The position numbers and the translations under genes are program-made. A DNA stretch of 61,870 bases, the filler included, from Choristocarpus tenellus KU-1152 (Eukaryota > Protista > Phaeophyceae), in NCBI GenBank assembly GCA_964200185.2. It is 7 parts of 7 records of this genome, joined end to end, with 100 filler letters (N's around TTAATTAATTAA, not from the genome) between each part and the next. Parts side by side here need not be neighbours in the genome. Positions count along the whole stretch, not along the records: positions 1 to 15,945 come from CAXNAD020000901.1; 6 more parts are not named here. One strand, written 5' to 3'. The notes beneath the pieces were generated by a model. The model did no database searches. It was not told the origin of the DNA and saw nothing but the letters and a program-made list of their open reading frames with translations. This document shows, piece by piece, positions 1-11,130 of this stretch. Position 1 is the stretch's first letter, and each line of letters starts with the position of its first letter.

Positions 1-84
1 CAACGCCCCCATAGCGTCGTTTTAAGCTCGTTGGATTTGAGTTGTACATCCTGTGGAGGTGAGTTCTGAGGGGCGCCTGTAACA
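1..84 (+). mobile_element. 3' end of an LTR (same family as 712-1155), truncated by the window start
   Basis: Ends in ...ttgagttgtacatcctgtggaggtgagttctgaggggcgcctgtaaca, closely matching 1085-1155. Confidence 0.8.
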
Positions 85-298
85 TCTGCACCTCAAACCC
101 AGCGGAAAACCGTCTCAGGCTTCCATCAACACAGCAAGAGCGTGGATCGGTGTGAAAGACAACAATGAAGTGGCCAATGCGATACTAGAGGATATGAAAG
201 ACCAGCTGCTCCAGAAATTAACGTAACAGTCAGACAATGAAAGCTGGGGTGACGAGGATGACAATGGGTTTATGGAAGGGGGTGTTTAAACATAGGAT

Positions 299-608
299 CA
301 GACCGGTCTTGATTTTCTCTTGAAGAGTTAAAAAGCGACCAGCATACCGAATGAAAGCTCTTGATCTAAGCTCTTGATTTCCAGAAAGGAATTATTTCGC
401 AAAATTATTTTGGTAAGGTTAAATTTAACCAAATGTTTTCAGCACAACCTTGAAAATATTTCGGAATGAATAATCACCACCAAAAATATTTTTGCGAAAT
501 AAGTCCTTTGTGTATATTGATAGCCTAGATCCAGAGCTTTCATTTGATATGCTGATCGTCGGTTAAGTCGTTGGCCAACCATTTCAATAAAATCAAGATT
601 GGTAACTG
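299..608. mobile_element. Foldback/MITE-like element with long imperfect inverted arms
   Basis: accggtcttgatttt...gcgaccagcataccgaatgaaagctcttgatcta...attatttcgcaaaattatttt is mirrored by aaaatatttttgcgaaataag...tagatccagagctttcatttgatatgctgatcg...aaaatcaagattggt; arms are about 120 bp. Confidence 0.7.
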
Positions 609-711
609 CCAAAACGGTATGTGGGCGGACCTTGGCTTAATACTGCTTAAGCCACTCATGGGACACTGTGACGCACAATGAGCTCCAAGTTGTGGTCTGC
701 CCGTCACAGGA

Positions 712-1155
712 TGTTACAGGCGAATAGCGCAAGTATTTCTTCCTGCGCTTTAAGCAGCGCGAGCAGTATGCGCGCATGGGGAACCCCAAAAGGGGAACTC
801 CGATTTGCCTAAAAGTTGCAGAATAAAGTCTGTAACTCAGGTAGTTGCAAAAGGTCCCAGATGGAAAGGTCGCAAAGGTTCTCAAATATATTCCAATGTT
901 TGTAAACCAAAGAAGCCCCAACGGTAAATGATGATAAGAGATCCTAAAAACGACTCCAAACAGCTCAGTTCTTCTTCTGACCCAGAGAACCATACTTATT
1001 CGGTTCTCTCTTACTGATACCAATTTACACACTTTTCTTGTGCTATTTGATTCACCTGAGAGTACTATTGTTCTGCTGAGCTGACGTTCAATAATCTGTG
1101 AATTGGACTTGAATTGTACATCCTGGAAGGTGAGCATTGAGGGGCGCCTGTAACA
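712..1155 (+). mobile_element. Solo LTR
   Basis: TG...CA ends with a perfect 11-bp terminal inverted repeat (TGTTACAGGCG / CGCCTGTAACA); 4-bp TSD AGGA at 708-711 and 1156-1159; related copies at 1-84 and 24543-24616. Confidence 0.85.
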
Positions 1156-1932
1156 AGGACACTGTCACGCCCAATGAACTCCGAGGTGTCACCTGATGAT
1201 GTTGACGTTGTGGTGCGGTCACTCTGTGATGGATTTGAGCTCGTCCGGTGCCGCCAGGTTAGCAGGGGTAAGGGATATCGGCTGAGATTCCGTTCGTCCA
1301 CAAGGCAAGGAGGGGGGGGTCGTGGAGTGCTGCAGCTGGTCGCTCAAATCAACGAAGGGTGGGCATAGTCATGACCTGGATGGTAGGCAGGATTTCTTCA
1401 GCTCTCTCTCTATCGAGGGGTGGTCAGATCTCTTCGGGAAACGCAAGGGAGAGGGAGGTCAAGGGTCACAGCCAGCAACACATCACCTCTCCATGATCAG
1501 TCGGTGCAGGCACTGACAATTTGGATTGAGCTAATGATGTAAATGGGAATAGCGACCATTGCAATGGATAAATCAACGTTCAGTACAGACTGGCGATGCT
1601 GTATCATATCAAAGCAAATCGAATGAGTAGCCTATGCTTTAATACTTTGTAACACTATGATTCCTTATCGCACGTAGACTGCGCATTTTGCTCAGAAGTA
1701 CAATGCATCCAATTCAGGTTTTAATGGGGGGCAGCGCATTGGGGGCTATGAGGAAAGGAGCAGCCTCTTCGGTGTTCTCGAATTCCTCCACTGTTGTACT
1801 CTTAAGTAGCTGACGAGTTGCAAGCTTAGAAATAACCGTCAAAGATTGCAGCATGAACGTTGTTTCGTACCATCTCCGGAAAGCAACGCTGGCTTGGCTC
1901 AGCGCAATCGGGCCAAGGGCAATCAAACAAGT

Positions 1933-2192
1933 GAGTCAAAGTATCTTAGAGGTTAAAGGTGTGTCCATTTGGAGGCCAAAATCCAACGTTGCAATTTTGA
2001 TGTAATTTTGACTCTCATGTTTGTTAGGAGATGTCAATATCCTTGTTCTGGACACACCTTTTCATAACATACACATTTTACATACTCCAAAATTATTTTG
2101 GAGTATGTAAAATGTCATTAAAAACCTGTGGGAGGCCAACCCCCAATTGGACAAACAGGGCAAAACTCATACCCTCTAAGATACTTTCACTC
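1933..2192 (+). mobile_element. MITE family A copy
   Basis: TIRs GAGTCAAAGTATCTTAGAGG / CCCTCTAAGATACTTTCACTC; TSD AAGT. Confidence 0.9.
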
Positions 2193-2718
2193 AAGTGGAC
2201 ATTCGAGATTTTTTTGGCAGTCGCATTTTTGTTATCAGCAAATAAGTTGTTTTACTCAGTGCGTGTGATGGGAGGTGCATGTCGGTGCAGCTACATTTGA
2301 TCCATGGTGGTGTTTTTGAAACTGTACTGTATATTATCCTTGTAGAGTGCAAGTGAATACGTAGGGCAAGATATTGGAGGGAAATTGGCTTTGAACATTG
2401 ATTTGACTTGAACTGTGAGTTATCCGTCCAGCCATCCAATGGCTTGCGGATGCTTTTCTTGGGAAGGTGTACTATACATATGAGTAAATACATCCTAATG
2501 AGTGCAATTTTACCCAAGTTACAGTACAGTATATGTATGACACTGGTATACTGTGGAGGGGTGGTGTAGATGTGGTGGTTGCTACACCACCACAGCTCCA
2601 TCAAAATGAGCCGCCGAGGGCAATGCTCAATACATACCTACATGTAACTACTCTTGAAGGAACATGGGAAGCACATCCAGCAAGGGTATCGCTCTTTCGT
2701 CGTTCAGGGACAAGTACA

Positions 2719-2973
2719 GAGTCAAAGTATCTTAGAGGATAGAGCCATGTCCATTTGGAGGCCAAAATCTAATGTTGCGATTTTGATGAAATTATGGCTA
2801 TCGTTTTTGTATATATCAATGTCCTTGTTCCAGACACATCGTTTCATAGCGTATACGTTTTACCTACTCAGAAATGGTTTCGGGGTAGGTAAAATGTCAT
2901 TGAAACCTGTGGGAAGCCAAGTTCCAAATGGACAAACGGGGAAAAACTCATACCCTCTAAGATACTTTCACTC
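2719..2973 (+). mobile_element. MITE family A copy
   Basis: Same TIRs and internal sequence; TSD ACA. Confidence 0.9.
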
Positions 2974-3467
2974 ACAAAGTGCCTACGACCACTTTTGCTC
3001 AAAATAACATAGGTTTCTCTTATCACGATCCCTCAGTTTAAGAGAAAAGCGCTCTTATATACAATAAAAGAAGATCGGTATAAAAGAGAGGGGATTTTTG
3101 CTTGGCCCTACCCTCTCTTATATAGGTACACTAACTGTATCGACTGGTACACAAAGCCACACACACCCACAAGATCAAATTTGACCAGTCAGAAGGACTG
3201 TCAGAACGAAGATCCATTTCGATTCTGACTTACACATTTTCCTGCTGTGATGTTGCTCAGTCATTCTGTGACATCTGTTCTGAATTTCCTCAACTGAATA
3301 TTGGGATACTGGGTCAAGACCTGTCAAACTCAGCCTCACCCTCTGTGGTGGAAGAGTTCAGTATGGTGATATTGATTGCCCCCTTTTACAGAGAGATTAG
3401 GAGCCTTGACACTTCCACAGTACTACTCACCCCGAGTGTTCAAGGGGGCTAAGCACGCTTTCACATC

Positions 3468-3491
3468 GTAACCCTAACCCTAACCCTAACC
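3468..3491. repeat. Interstitial telomere-like (CCCTAA)n tract
   Basis: taaccctaaccctaaccctaacc. Confidence 0.7.
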
Positions 3492-3499
3492 TTGAAAAG

Positions 3500-5036
3500 T
3501 GCAGATTACTGGAGATCACAAACACTACGGTGGCTTCCGAGATTAGATGCAAGAATGCAAAGTAGAAAAAGCTCAGCTACCGGAGGAGAGGTCGAAAGCC
3601 CAGTCTGGTGAGGTAATACACTCACAGATCAGGCAGGTCCCTTCCAACCGGACATAAGGGACGTACGTATTTCCAACTATTTTTCAGACGAGAGCAGCAG
3701 GGACAAGCAAATTTAAGGCTTGAAGAACAGAGATGAATTGACGGACGCCACAGCTGCCTACGTCAATGAAATGACCAGAGAAGGCGTGACTGTGAAGTGC
3801 ATCAGTGGGGATGGATGGTGCTGGGGAACTTAGGGAATCAGTTCGATTCTAACACATGCTAGCCAACAACAAGATTCGAAGGAGGAAGTCGCCACCACAT
3901 ACACTCCAGAGCAATAGGAATGCGGAGCAGTCCATCAAGCAACTCATGGAGGCTGCAAGGGGCCAACTGGTGTAAGTAGGAGTGGGCAATGACTGCTTTT
4001 TTTTGCCGTAACGGACATGACATTCAAAACTGGTGGAATGTCACATGAGTACCTGAGTGGGTACACCTTGTGAGCGACTCACAGGAAAGCCATTCAACCT
4101 CAACAGGTTGAGAGTCTGGGAGAGTGAGTGCTGCGTACACCAGACAAAGCAGCAGCCAGGAGCTTCATTGAAGTTTCACTCCTATGCCTAGAGGGGACTG
4201 CTATTGGGACGTGACCGCACATCACTATGTTGATGCATATGACTTCCTCTGGAAGGCAAGCTAGTGACTTCGGTGCATGTAACCTTTGGACCAGAGGAGC
4301 GCACCTTGGACTTTGTTGGGGAACAGGACATCTCTCTGATCGAGTATGATGAAAAAGATGAGTACGACACTGACGGGGAATCTGAGAGGGGTTGTATTGA
4401 TGAGTCCAGAAACGTTACAGAGTCCAACCCACAAGAAACATTGGCACCCGAGCACAACTCTCCTAAATGGAGATCCACCCATTGAGTAAAAATATCTTAG
4501 AGGGTACGAGTTTTGCCCTGTTTGTCCTTTTGGGGCTTGACTTTCCACAGGTTTTTAATGACTTTTACCTATTCCAAAATGTTTTGGGGTAGGTAAAATA
4601 TATACCTTATGAAAAGGTGTGTCCGGAACAAGGATATTAACTTCTCCTAACAAACATGATAGAAAAAATTACACAAAAAATGCAATGTTGGATTTTGGCC
4701 CACAAATGGACGTGGCTCTACCCTCTAAGATACTTTGACTCATTCTGAGTGAGCAACCCCGGGTGGACAACGGAGGTTTACATTCAGGGATGAGAAGAGA
4801 CTTGAATGACAACAAAATCAACTTAATCGCAGCAAACACCAAATGATGCATACTGTTCAATGGATCTGGCAGGCGAGACTACTCCAGACCATCAAGAGCC
4901 ATCTTCTATATCAGATGCGCTAGTGGGGCCTCATGCACGAGAATGGCAAGTTCCCATGGAGAAGGAGACAAAGGGAACTTTCATAGAGGGAGAGGATTTG
5001 CGACGGGGAAGGAAACCTGCCAAGACTAAGTTTGGA
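3500..5036 (+). pseudogene. Decayed Ty1/copia pol (integrase followed by start of RT)
   Basis: Integrase-like segment near 3900-3960 (SNRNAEQSIKQLM, cf. NGxAER) precedes an RT N-terminus (EPSSISDALVGPHAREWQVPMEKE..GTF..RKPAKTKF); copia INT-RT order; many stops and frameshifts. Confidence 0.75.
4484..4741 (-). mobile_element. MITE family A copy inside the copia remnant
   Basis: Family TIRs; TSD ATT. Confidence 0.9.
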
Positions 5037-6476
5037 CTCCCTTTAAGTTGTTGCTCTTTGGGATGACCTCCAAATACAAAATGGACCTTTGCGTTGGATT
5101 CCTTGGAATATTTTACATTTGAGAACTATGTCTCACCTTTTTTCGACAACATCAACCCCACCAATCCAGGACTGCTGCAGAGCCAGCTCGGTCTACTTTG
5201 ATCCGGCCAACCCACCCTCTCGCTGCCTATTTTTGGTCCTGGTGTGTTCTACCTCAAAATCGTCCCCCCCCAGTGCCCCTAACACCTGATTGTACCTCTT
5301 AAACAGACTGTGCCACACCCTATCAAGCGTGTCTGCATCGTGCACGTGGAACATGCTCAAAACCCCCTCTATGAGTTCATCAATGGTGCCATAACACTCT
5401 GCCCAAACCCTGCTCTTCAGAGATGCAAAAAACTCCAAATCATTGATGTTGAGATCCGGCGACTGCACTGGATGCGTCAGGAGCTTAATGTTCCATCCTT
5501 CCTCCATCCCTGCTGCGTTCAGCTCCTGCACCTTGCCCTTCCCCGTATGCAAGTTCACACCGTCCTGCTGTATGGAGGCCCCCTGTAGACACAGCATGGA
5601 TGGTTCTCCTCACATAGCTGAGGCGTTTGAATTATTTGATGTTTGGAGCATATATGCTCATTCCTTCAACAAATAACAGAGCTGTGAGCCCCAACGTAGG
5701 GTGGAGTCCTTACAAGCCGTCATAGATCAGTTCCTGTGGTTGAACTGACTACAATTCAATTCAATTCTCGAGAATTGGCTGGGGGAGGCCAACACGTGAT
5801 CATGGGAGCTTGCTGGAGCTTGGAGTGCACACAACCGGGCAGAAACCAGCAAGGTGACTAGATTGAAGGGGTCCAACATGTGGAGGAATGACGGAGATGG
5901 ACCTGGTGCAGCCTTGGGGGCTTGCATGAGACCGATTGGTCTAAGTTGCACTTTGCGCAGCATATTCAACCCCCACAGGTTGAGAGACTGGCAGAGAAGG
6001 AGGTGAGGGAGCTTTTGACAGCTTTAAGGGAATACAAGATGAGCGTTAGGGTGCAGCACTCAAAGGGGGCGTGCAAATTGCACTTATGACACTGTCCAAG
6101 TCCCTAACCATTGCTCAGAGACAAGTACTAGCACCAATGAGGGGCAAACTGAAAAAAATTGGGCTGCAGCAACGGAGGAGCAACTCCTAAAGGCGCTCAA
6201 GAAGGTGGTGCGAGTTGATGATGAAGACCGAACCTTCAATATTGGGCAAATCCAAAGGGATTTGCAGAGGGGGGCCCGATGGGAAATGAAGGGACTGCAG
6301 CTGATTGGGTCATGGGAGTGATCCAGGACATTGAGGGCTATCTCGAAGATAATAATCTGGATGGCGCATTCCGCTGGAATCCTCAACAAGTAGGGGAGGT
6401 TTGGAAGGCAAGGCCAGGGAAGGTACTCTCGGAGGTCTTTATTGCAGGGCTCAAACCCCCTGCGTTTAAGGCAGAA

Positions 6477-6735
6477 GAGTGAAAAAGGGTATGAGTTTTT
6501 CCCTGTTTGTCCGTTTGGGGCTCGGCTTCCAACGAATTTTTCATGACATTTCCCTACTCTGAAATGTTCCGAAGTAGGTAAAATACATACGTTTTGGAGT
6601 AGGTATCATGTGTATGTCCAGAACAACGATATTGACACTTCCTAACAAACACGATAGTCTAAATTACATCAAAATCACAATGTTGGGTTTTGGCCCCAAA
6701 CGGACCCAGCTCTACCCTCTAAGATACTTTGACTC
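6477..6735 (-). mobile_element. MITE family A copy inside gypsy gag
   Basis: Family internal sequence; one TIR partly deleted; TSD GAA. Confidence 0.85.
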
Positions 6736-8153
6736 GAAATTTCTAAGCATGTAGCATGGGACCCTGAGCTCAAAAAGGATCCAGACCAGAGCTTTGAGCT
6801 GGTAAAGGAGCAAGCCGAAAAATGGAGGACTGATGAGAGGGTCCAGGCATACTAAACGAAATGAACCAAGTAAGGCGAACCTGGTGGCAAACACCAAGAG
6901 GGGAAGCCTAAGTTTGGGGAGAAGATAGGCAAGCCAGGGAGAGGCACACCTCGTACAGGATTGAGTGTGAGGAAGGACTCGTTCCAAGGGACTTGTGATG
7001 AATGTGAGAAAGTTGGGCATAAACATGCTCAATGCTGGAGCATGCTGGTTGGAGTCCGGAAGGAACAGCAGCATCAGTAGCAGGGGCACCCACAGCAACA
7101 TAGTACAGGTACAGATCCTGGGAGGGGATCTGGGTGAGGGGAAAGACAACAACCCGGGGGCGCCAAACAGCAACCCTCAAGTGTAGGGAGAGGAACAAGC
7201 CGTCTAGGTGCAGCCCAAGGCACAAGGAGCCAGCAGGGGCTAGCTCTCCAGCCTGCAACCGATTTTGAGCAAGGCACTGGTGGCGGGAGCTCGAGTGGAA
7301 AGGGAGCAAAGGTCAATGACATGGTTCCTGATAATGTGGATCATGGGATCCCTCTGCTCCCGCCAAGTCCGGATCCCAACTTTAATCCTTAAGCAGGCCA
7401 CACTGGCATGCGAAGAATACAGGGCACTCATGAGGATGTGTCCCTGGCCAAGGAAGGGGTGGATGCAGAAAGGTTGAGCTACCATGGTACGGCAGATGTA
7501 ACACCAATGGGGGTCAACATGCACGGGAGGTTGCCTTTCAGTATGAAGGCCTTGATGGACCCAGGGTCAGGGATCACGGTCATATTTGAGAGCCTGGTAA
7601 AAAAAATGCAGCAGCATTTTGATGGAGCAGTCCTGACGAAGCCCCTAAACCAGCCCTTCCCAGTGAAGATAGTCAATGGTTTCTCTGAGAACATCGGGAA
7701 CGTGACATGTCCCTTAAATGTGGCACTCCACACGGGCTATGGATCCATGGTGGTGAGAAATCTTGTCGTGGCAGTTATACCAGACAATGATGACGTGTTC
7801 ATTGTGGGCAGCAAGACATTGTGGGATGTGTTAGACTTTGACTTGAAGCGATTCTTCAAGGAGGTGGCCCGAAGGAAGAGAGAAGTGCACATAGAAGGTC
7901 TGGAACAAGTTATTACTTCTATGTGGCGTGTTTTAGTGTTAGTGTGGAGAGGATAGCATAGAGATTGCTCATCTGGACGAAGGCGATAACCCCATCTCTA
8001 CACTGCAGGAGCAAGGCCCTGAGCTCATGATGAACCCTGGAGAGGAGGAAAAAAAACAGGGCTTGACCCTAGAAACCTCCTTACAAGAGGCACAACGGGC
8101 TGGGATGCCCTTGGGGGCCTGGAGGTGCCTACAACAAATGATAGCAACCCAGA

Positions 8154-8597
8154 GAGTGAAAGTATTTTACCCAAAGAATCTGGGGTGGGGGGAGAGGGGG
8201 GGGTCTACACAAGGGTATCCATTTGGACCAAAATCGGGAAAAGTGCATTTACATGATCTATCCGACATATTGAACCAAATCACCCAAAAATCGCGATATG
8301 AAAAAATTGACCCCAAATGGACAGCCGCCACCCCACCTCCAGATACTTTGAGCCATCTTAGAGGGTACGAGTTTTTCCCTGTGTGTCCATTTGGGGCCTG
8401 GCTTCCCATGGGTATTTTATGACATTTTGCTCGCTCCAAAATGTTTCAGAGTAGGTAAAATGTGAATCTTATGAAAAGGTGTCCGGAACAAGGATATTGA
8501 CATCTCCTAACAAACATGATAGCCAAAATTACATCAAAATCGCAATATTGGATTTTGGCCCACAAATCGACGTGACTCTACTAACACAATTTGACGC
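8154..8597 (-). mobile_element. MITE family A copy carrying a family B MITE in its TIR
   Basis: gagtgaaagtat is interrupted near 8170 and resumes as atcttagagggtacgag near 8355. Confidence 0.8.
8170..8354. mobile_element. MITE family B copy
   Basis: TIRs cccaaagaatctgggg / ccccacctccagatactttgag; homologous to 26945-27149 and 52023-52200. Confidence 0.8.
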
Positions 8598-8644
8598 AAG
8601 ACCAATGTGTTCCGGATATCCATGGGACGTGACCCATCTGCCAA

Positions 8645-8904
8645 AAGTGAAGGTATCTTAGAAGTTACAAGTTTTTCCCTGTTCGTCCGTTTGGGGCTTG
8701 ACTTCCCACGGGATTTTTTGACATTTTTTCCTACTCCAAAATGTTTCGGAGTAGGAAAAATGTATACTTTATGAAAAGATATGTCCAGAGCAAGGATATT
8801 GACACTTCCTAACAAACACGATTAGCCATAATTACATCAAAATCGCAACATTGGATTTTGGCCCCCAAACGGATGTGACTCTACCTTCTAACATAATTTG
8901 ACTC
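8645..8904 (-). mobile_element. MITE family A copy
   Basis: Degenerate family TIRs; TSD CAA. Confidence 0.85.
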
Positions 8905-10875
8905 CAAGGTGGAGCCCACGCGGATGGTGCTGAAGGAAGGGGCGATTCCTGTGAAGACCGGACCCAGGGTGTCCCATCCGAAGCAACTGGGCTGGATGGC
9001 AGGATTTATGAGCCTGCTGGTCGTACTGGGGATGCTGAGGTGAACCCCACAGGATGTATGGAGCAGCCCATCATTGCCTTGCCCAAGCCTGAGGGGTCGG
9101 GCTACCGGCTCGTGACGGATTTCAGCGTAGAGAACATGGTCTCACAGGCAGTGGAGCTCTCACACTCCAGGGAGGAGTGTGCTGTGCTGATGTCTGCAAA
9201 CGCCTCTGACAAGCACTGGGGGTGTTTTGTTACACATGTCCCTCAGGTAGAGCTGAATGGAGATGTGGCAGTGGAAGATATGAGCCATGAGTCGCTGGGA
9301 TTCCTGAGTGGTTCTTTCCGGGGATCGCAGCTACACTGGGACACAGTGGATAAGGCGTTCACCATCGTGGGGATTTACCAGCGCCTGGAGTGGGTGCTCT
9401 GGCAGGTGGCCCACATCTTTTGTGACCATTGCAATCATGAGTATATCTTTCACCCATTCCCTGTGTGTAACAGATCTGTCCAAGGCCACTGCTCAAAATC
9501 TTTTGCATTGGGCTACGTTCCTGCGACACTACGATTACACCATCCAACACATCGCTGGAGAGCGGAACTGCTGGGGGGACTTGTTATCCAGGTGGACTGG
9601 TGTCCCTGCGGTGGCGGTGCGAGCCATAGCCGTGTCCATGGACGTGCAGGGGGAGGACACCCCACCATCGAGAGCGGTGATTCATGAGGTGCAACTAGCG
9701 GCCAGCAAGGCCCTAGGAGGTGAGACGGTGCATGCAAGCTGAGGATTTATGACCTCTGCTGGCCATGTACATCAAGATCAGGATCACAATATGCGGGTGG
9801 GTGCTGAGGTTATCGCCCCACTGTGCATACCCAAAGAGGCAAAGGATCTGCAGACATGCCTGATGGTGTGTGCACACATGGGAGAAGCTGGGCATCATGA
9901 CAGAGCAGCAACGGTGCCGTGGCTAAAGAGGTTGTGGTTCTATGCAGACAAGGAGCTGAACGTGACAACGGAGATGAAGCAAACATTCCACTACATGCAG
10001 AACCAGGGGGAATTTGAAGTGTCTGATAGCCTGGCAGTGCGCAGGGTAGAAGGGTATGAATACCAGGTTTTGGTGGATTGGATGGGGGTTAGTGAGGACG
10101 AGAGGGCATGGGAGCCACTCTCTTCCATTTTAGAGGATGCCCCTGTCTTTCTATGCAAATAATTGAAGAAGCTAGAATTGCATGCTCAAGTGCGTAATGC
10201 AATTAGGCGGCAATACATTATTGACATTTGAGTTGGATATTGCACGCTGTTCTTTGTCAAGCTGGTAGCTTTGCTACTGTTGGTAGCATGCTTGGCTCTG
10301 GGGGTGTTGTACACACAGCATGGAGGGTTTTCCTTACATAGCTGAGGCGTTTGCATTATTTGATGTTTGGAGTTTATGTGGTCCTTGACAGGTCTTATAC
10401 TCAATCCTTAAACAAATAACAGGGCTGTAAGCCCCAACGTGGGGTGGAGTCCTTACAAGCCATCATAGATCAGTTCCTGTGGTTGAACTGTCTATACCCC
10501 CCTGACTAAAGCCACGGTATTTTGTCCTTGATCGCTGGCAACAAATGCTCCGTGTACCACTCCAGATACCACTCAGTGTTAACGATGATGTCGACCTCGT
10601 ACTCCTCACCCCTTCATGTGCCGCGCTGTAGTCCGTTTCGCCTCCTCCGTGACGCAAACCTGCCAGATCCTGATCTTGCTGTTGAAATCATAGGAAGGAT
10701 ATGGGCGCGAAACGGTCGAGATGAACATCACTTTGGCGATGTGACTCTTGTACTGCACCTTCATCGAGTCCAACTTCTCCTCTCCCAGGAACATGCACAC
10801 CATCTCTTGTCCGTGGATGAGGCAAAACCACACCTTATTGATGTGAATAATGTTGAGATCAGTCCTGTAGGTTTT

Positions 10876-11130
10876 GAGTGAAAGTATGTTAGAGGGTACG
10901 ATATTTGCCCTGCTTGTCCGTTTGGGGAATGGCTTCAACAGGTTTTTATTATATTTTCCTACTCCGAAATGTTTCGGATTAGGTAAACATGTATGTTATG
11001 AAAAGGTTTGTCCAAAACAAGGATATTGACACTTCCTAACAAACACGACGGTCAAAATTACATCAAAATCTTAAGATTGGATTTTGCCCCTCAAACGGAT
11101 GCAGCTCTACCCTCTAAGATACTTTGACTC
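10876..11130 (-). mobile_element. MITE family A copy inside the mariner transposase
   Basis: Family TIRs; TSD TTT. Confidence 0.9.

Larger units (their letters stand above)
5584..10496 (+). mobile_element. Ty3/gypsy chromovirus-type LTR retrotransposon, decayed and internally deleted
   Basis: LTRs at 5584-5753 and 10308-10496; poly-C TSD (CCCCC) on both sides; gag-like region, protease (ALMDPGSGITVI), RT start (YRLVTDF), RNase H-like (ANASDKHWG..LGFLSGSFRGSQ..IFCDHCN), integrase zinc-finger start (AHMGEAGH), chromodomain (YQVLVDWMGVSEDERAWEPL). Confidence 0.9.

Noticed and set aside
637-1137. 166-aa minus-strand ORF and the many ORFs containing SKYLRG or YPLRYF
   Set aside because: Chance frames across a solo LTR and MITE termini.
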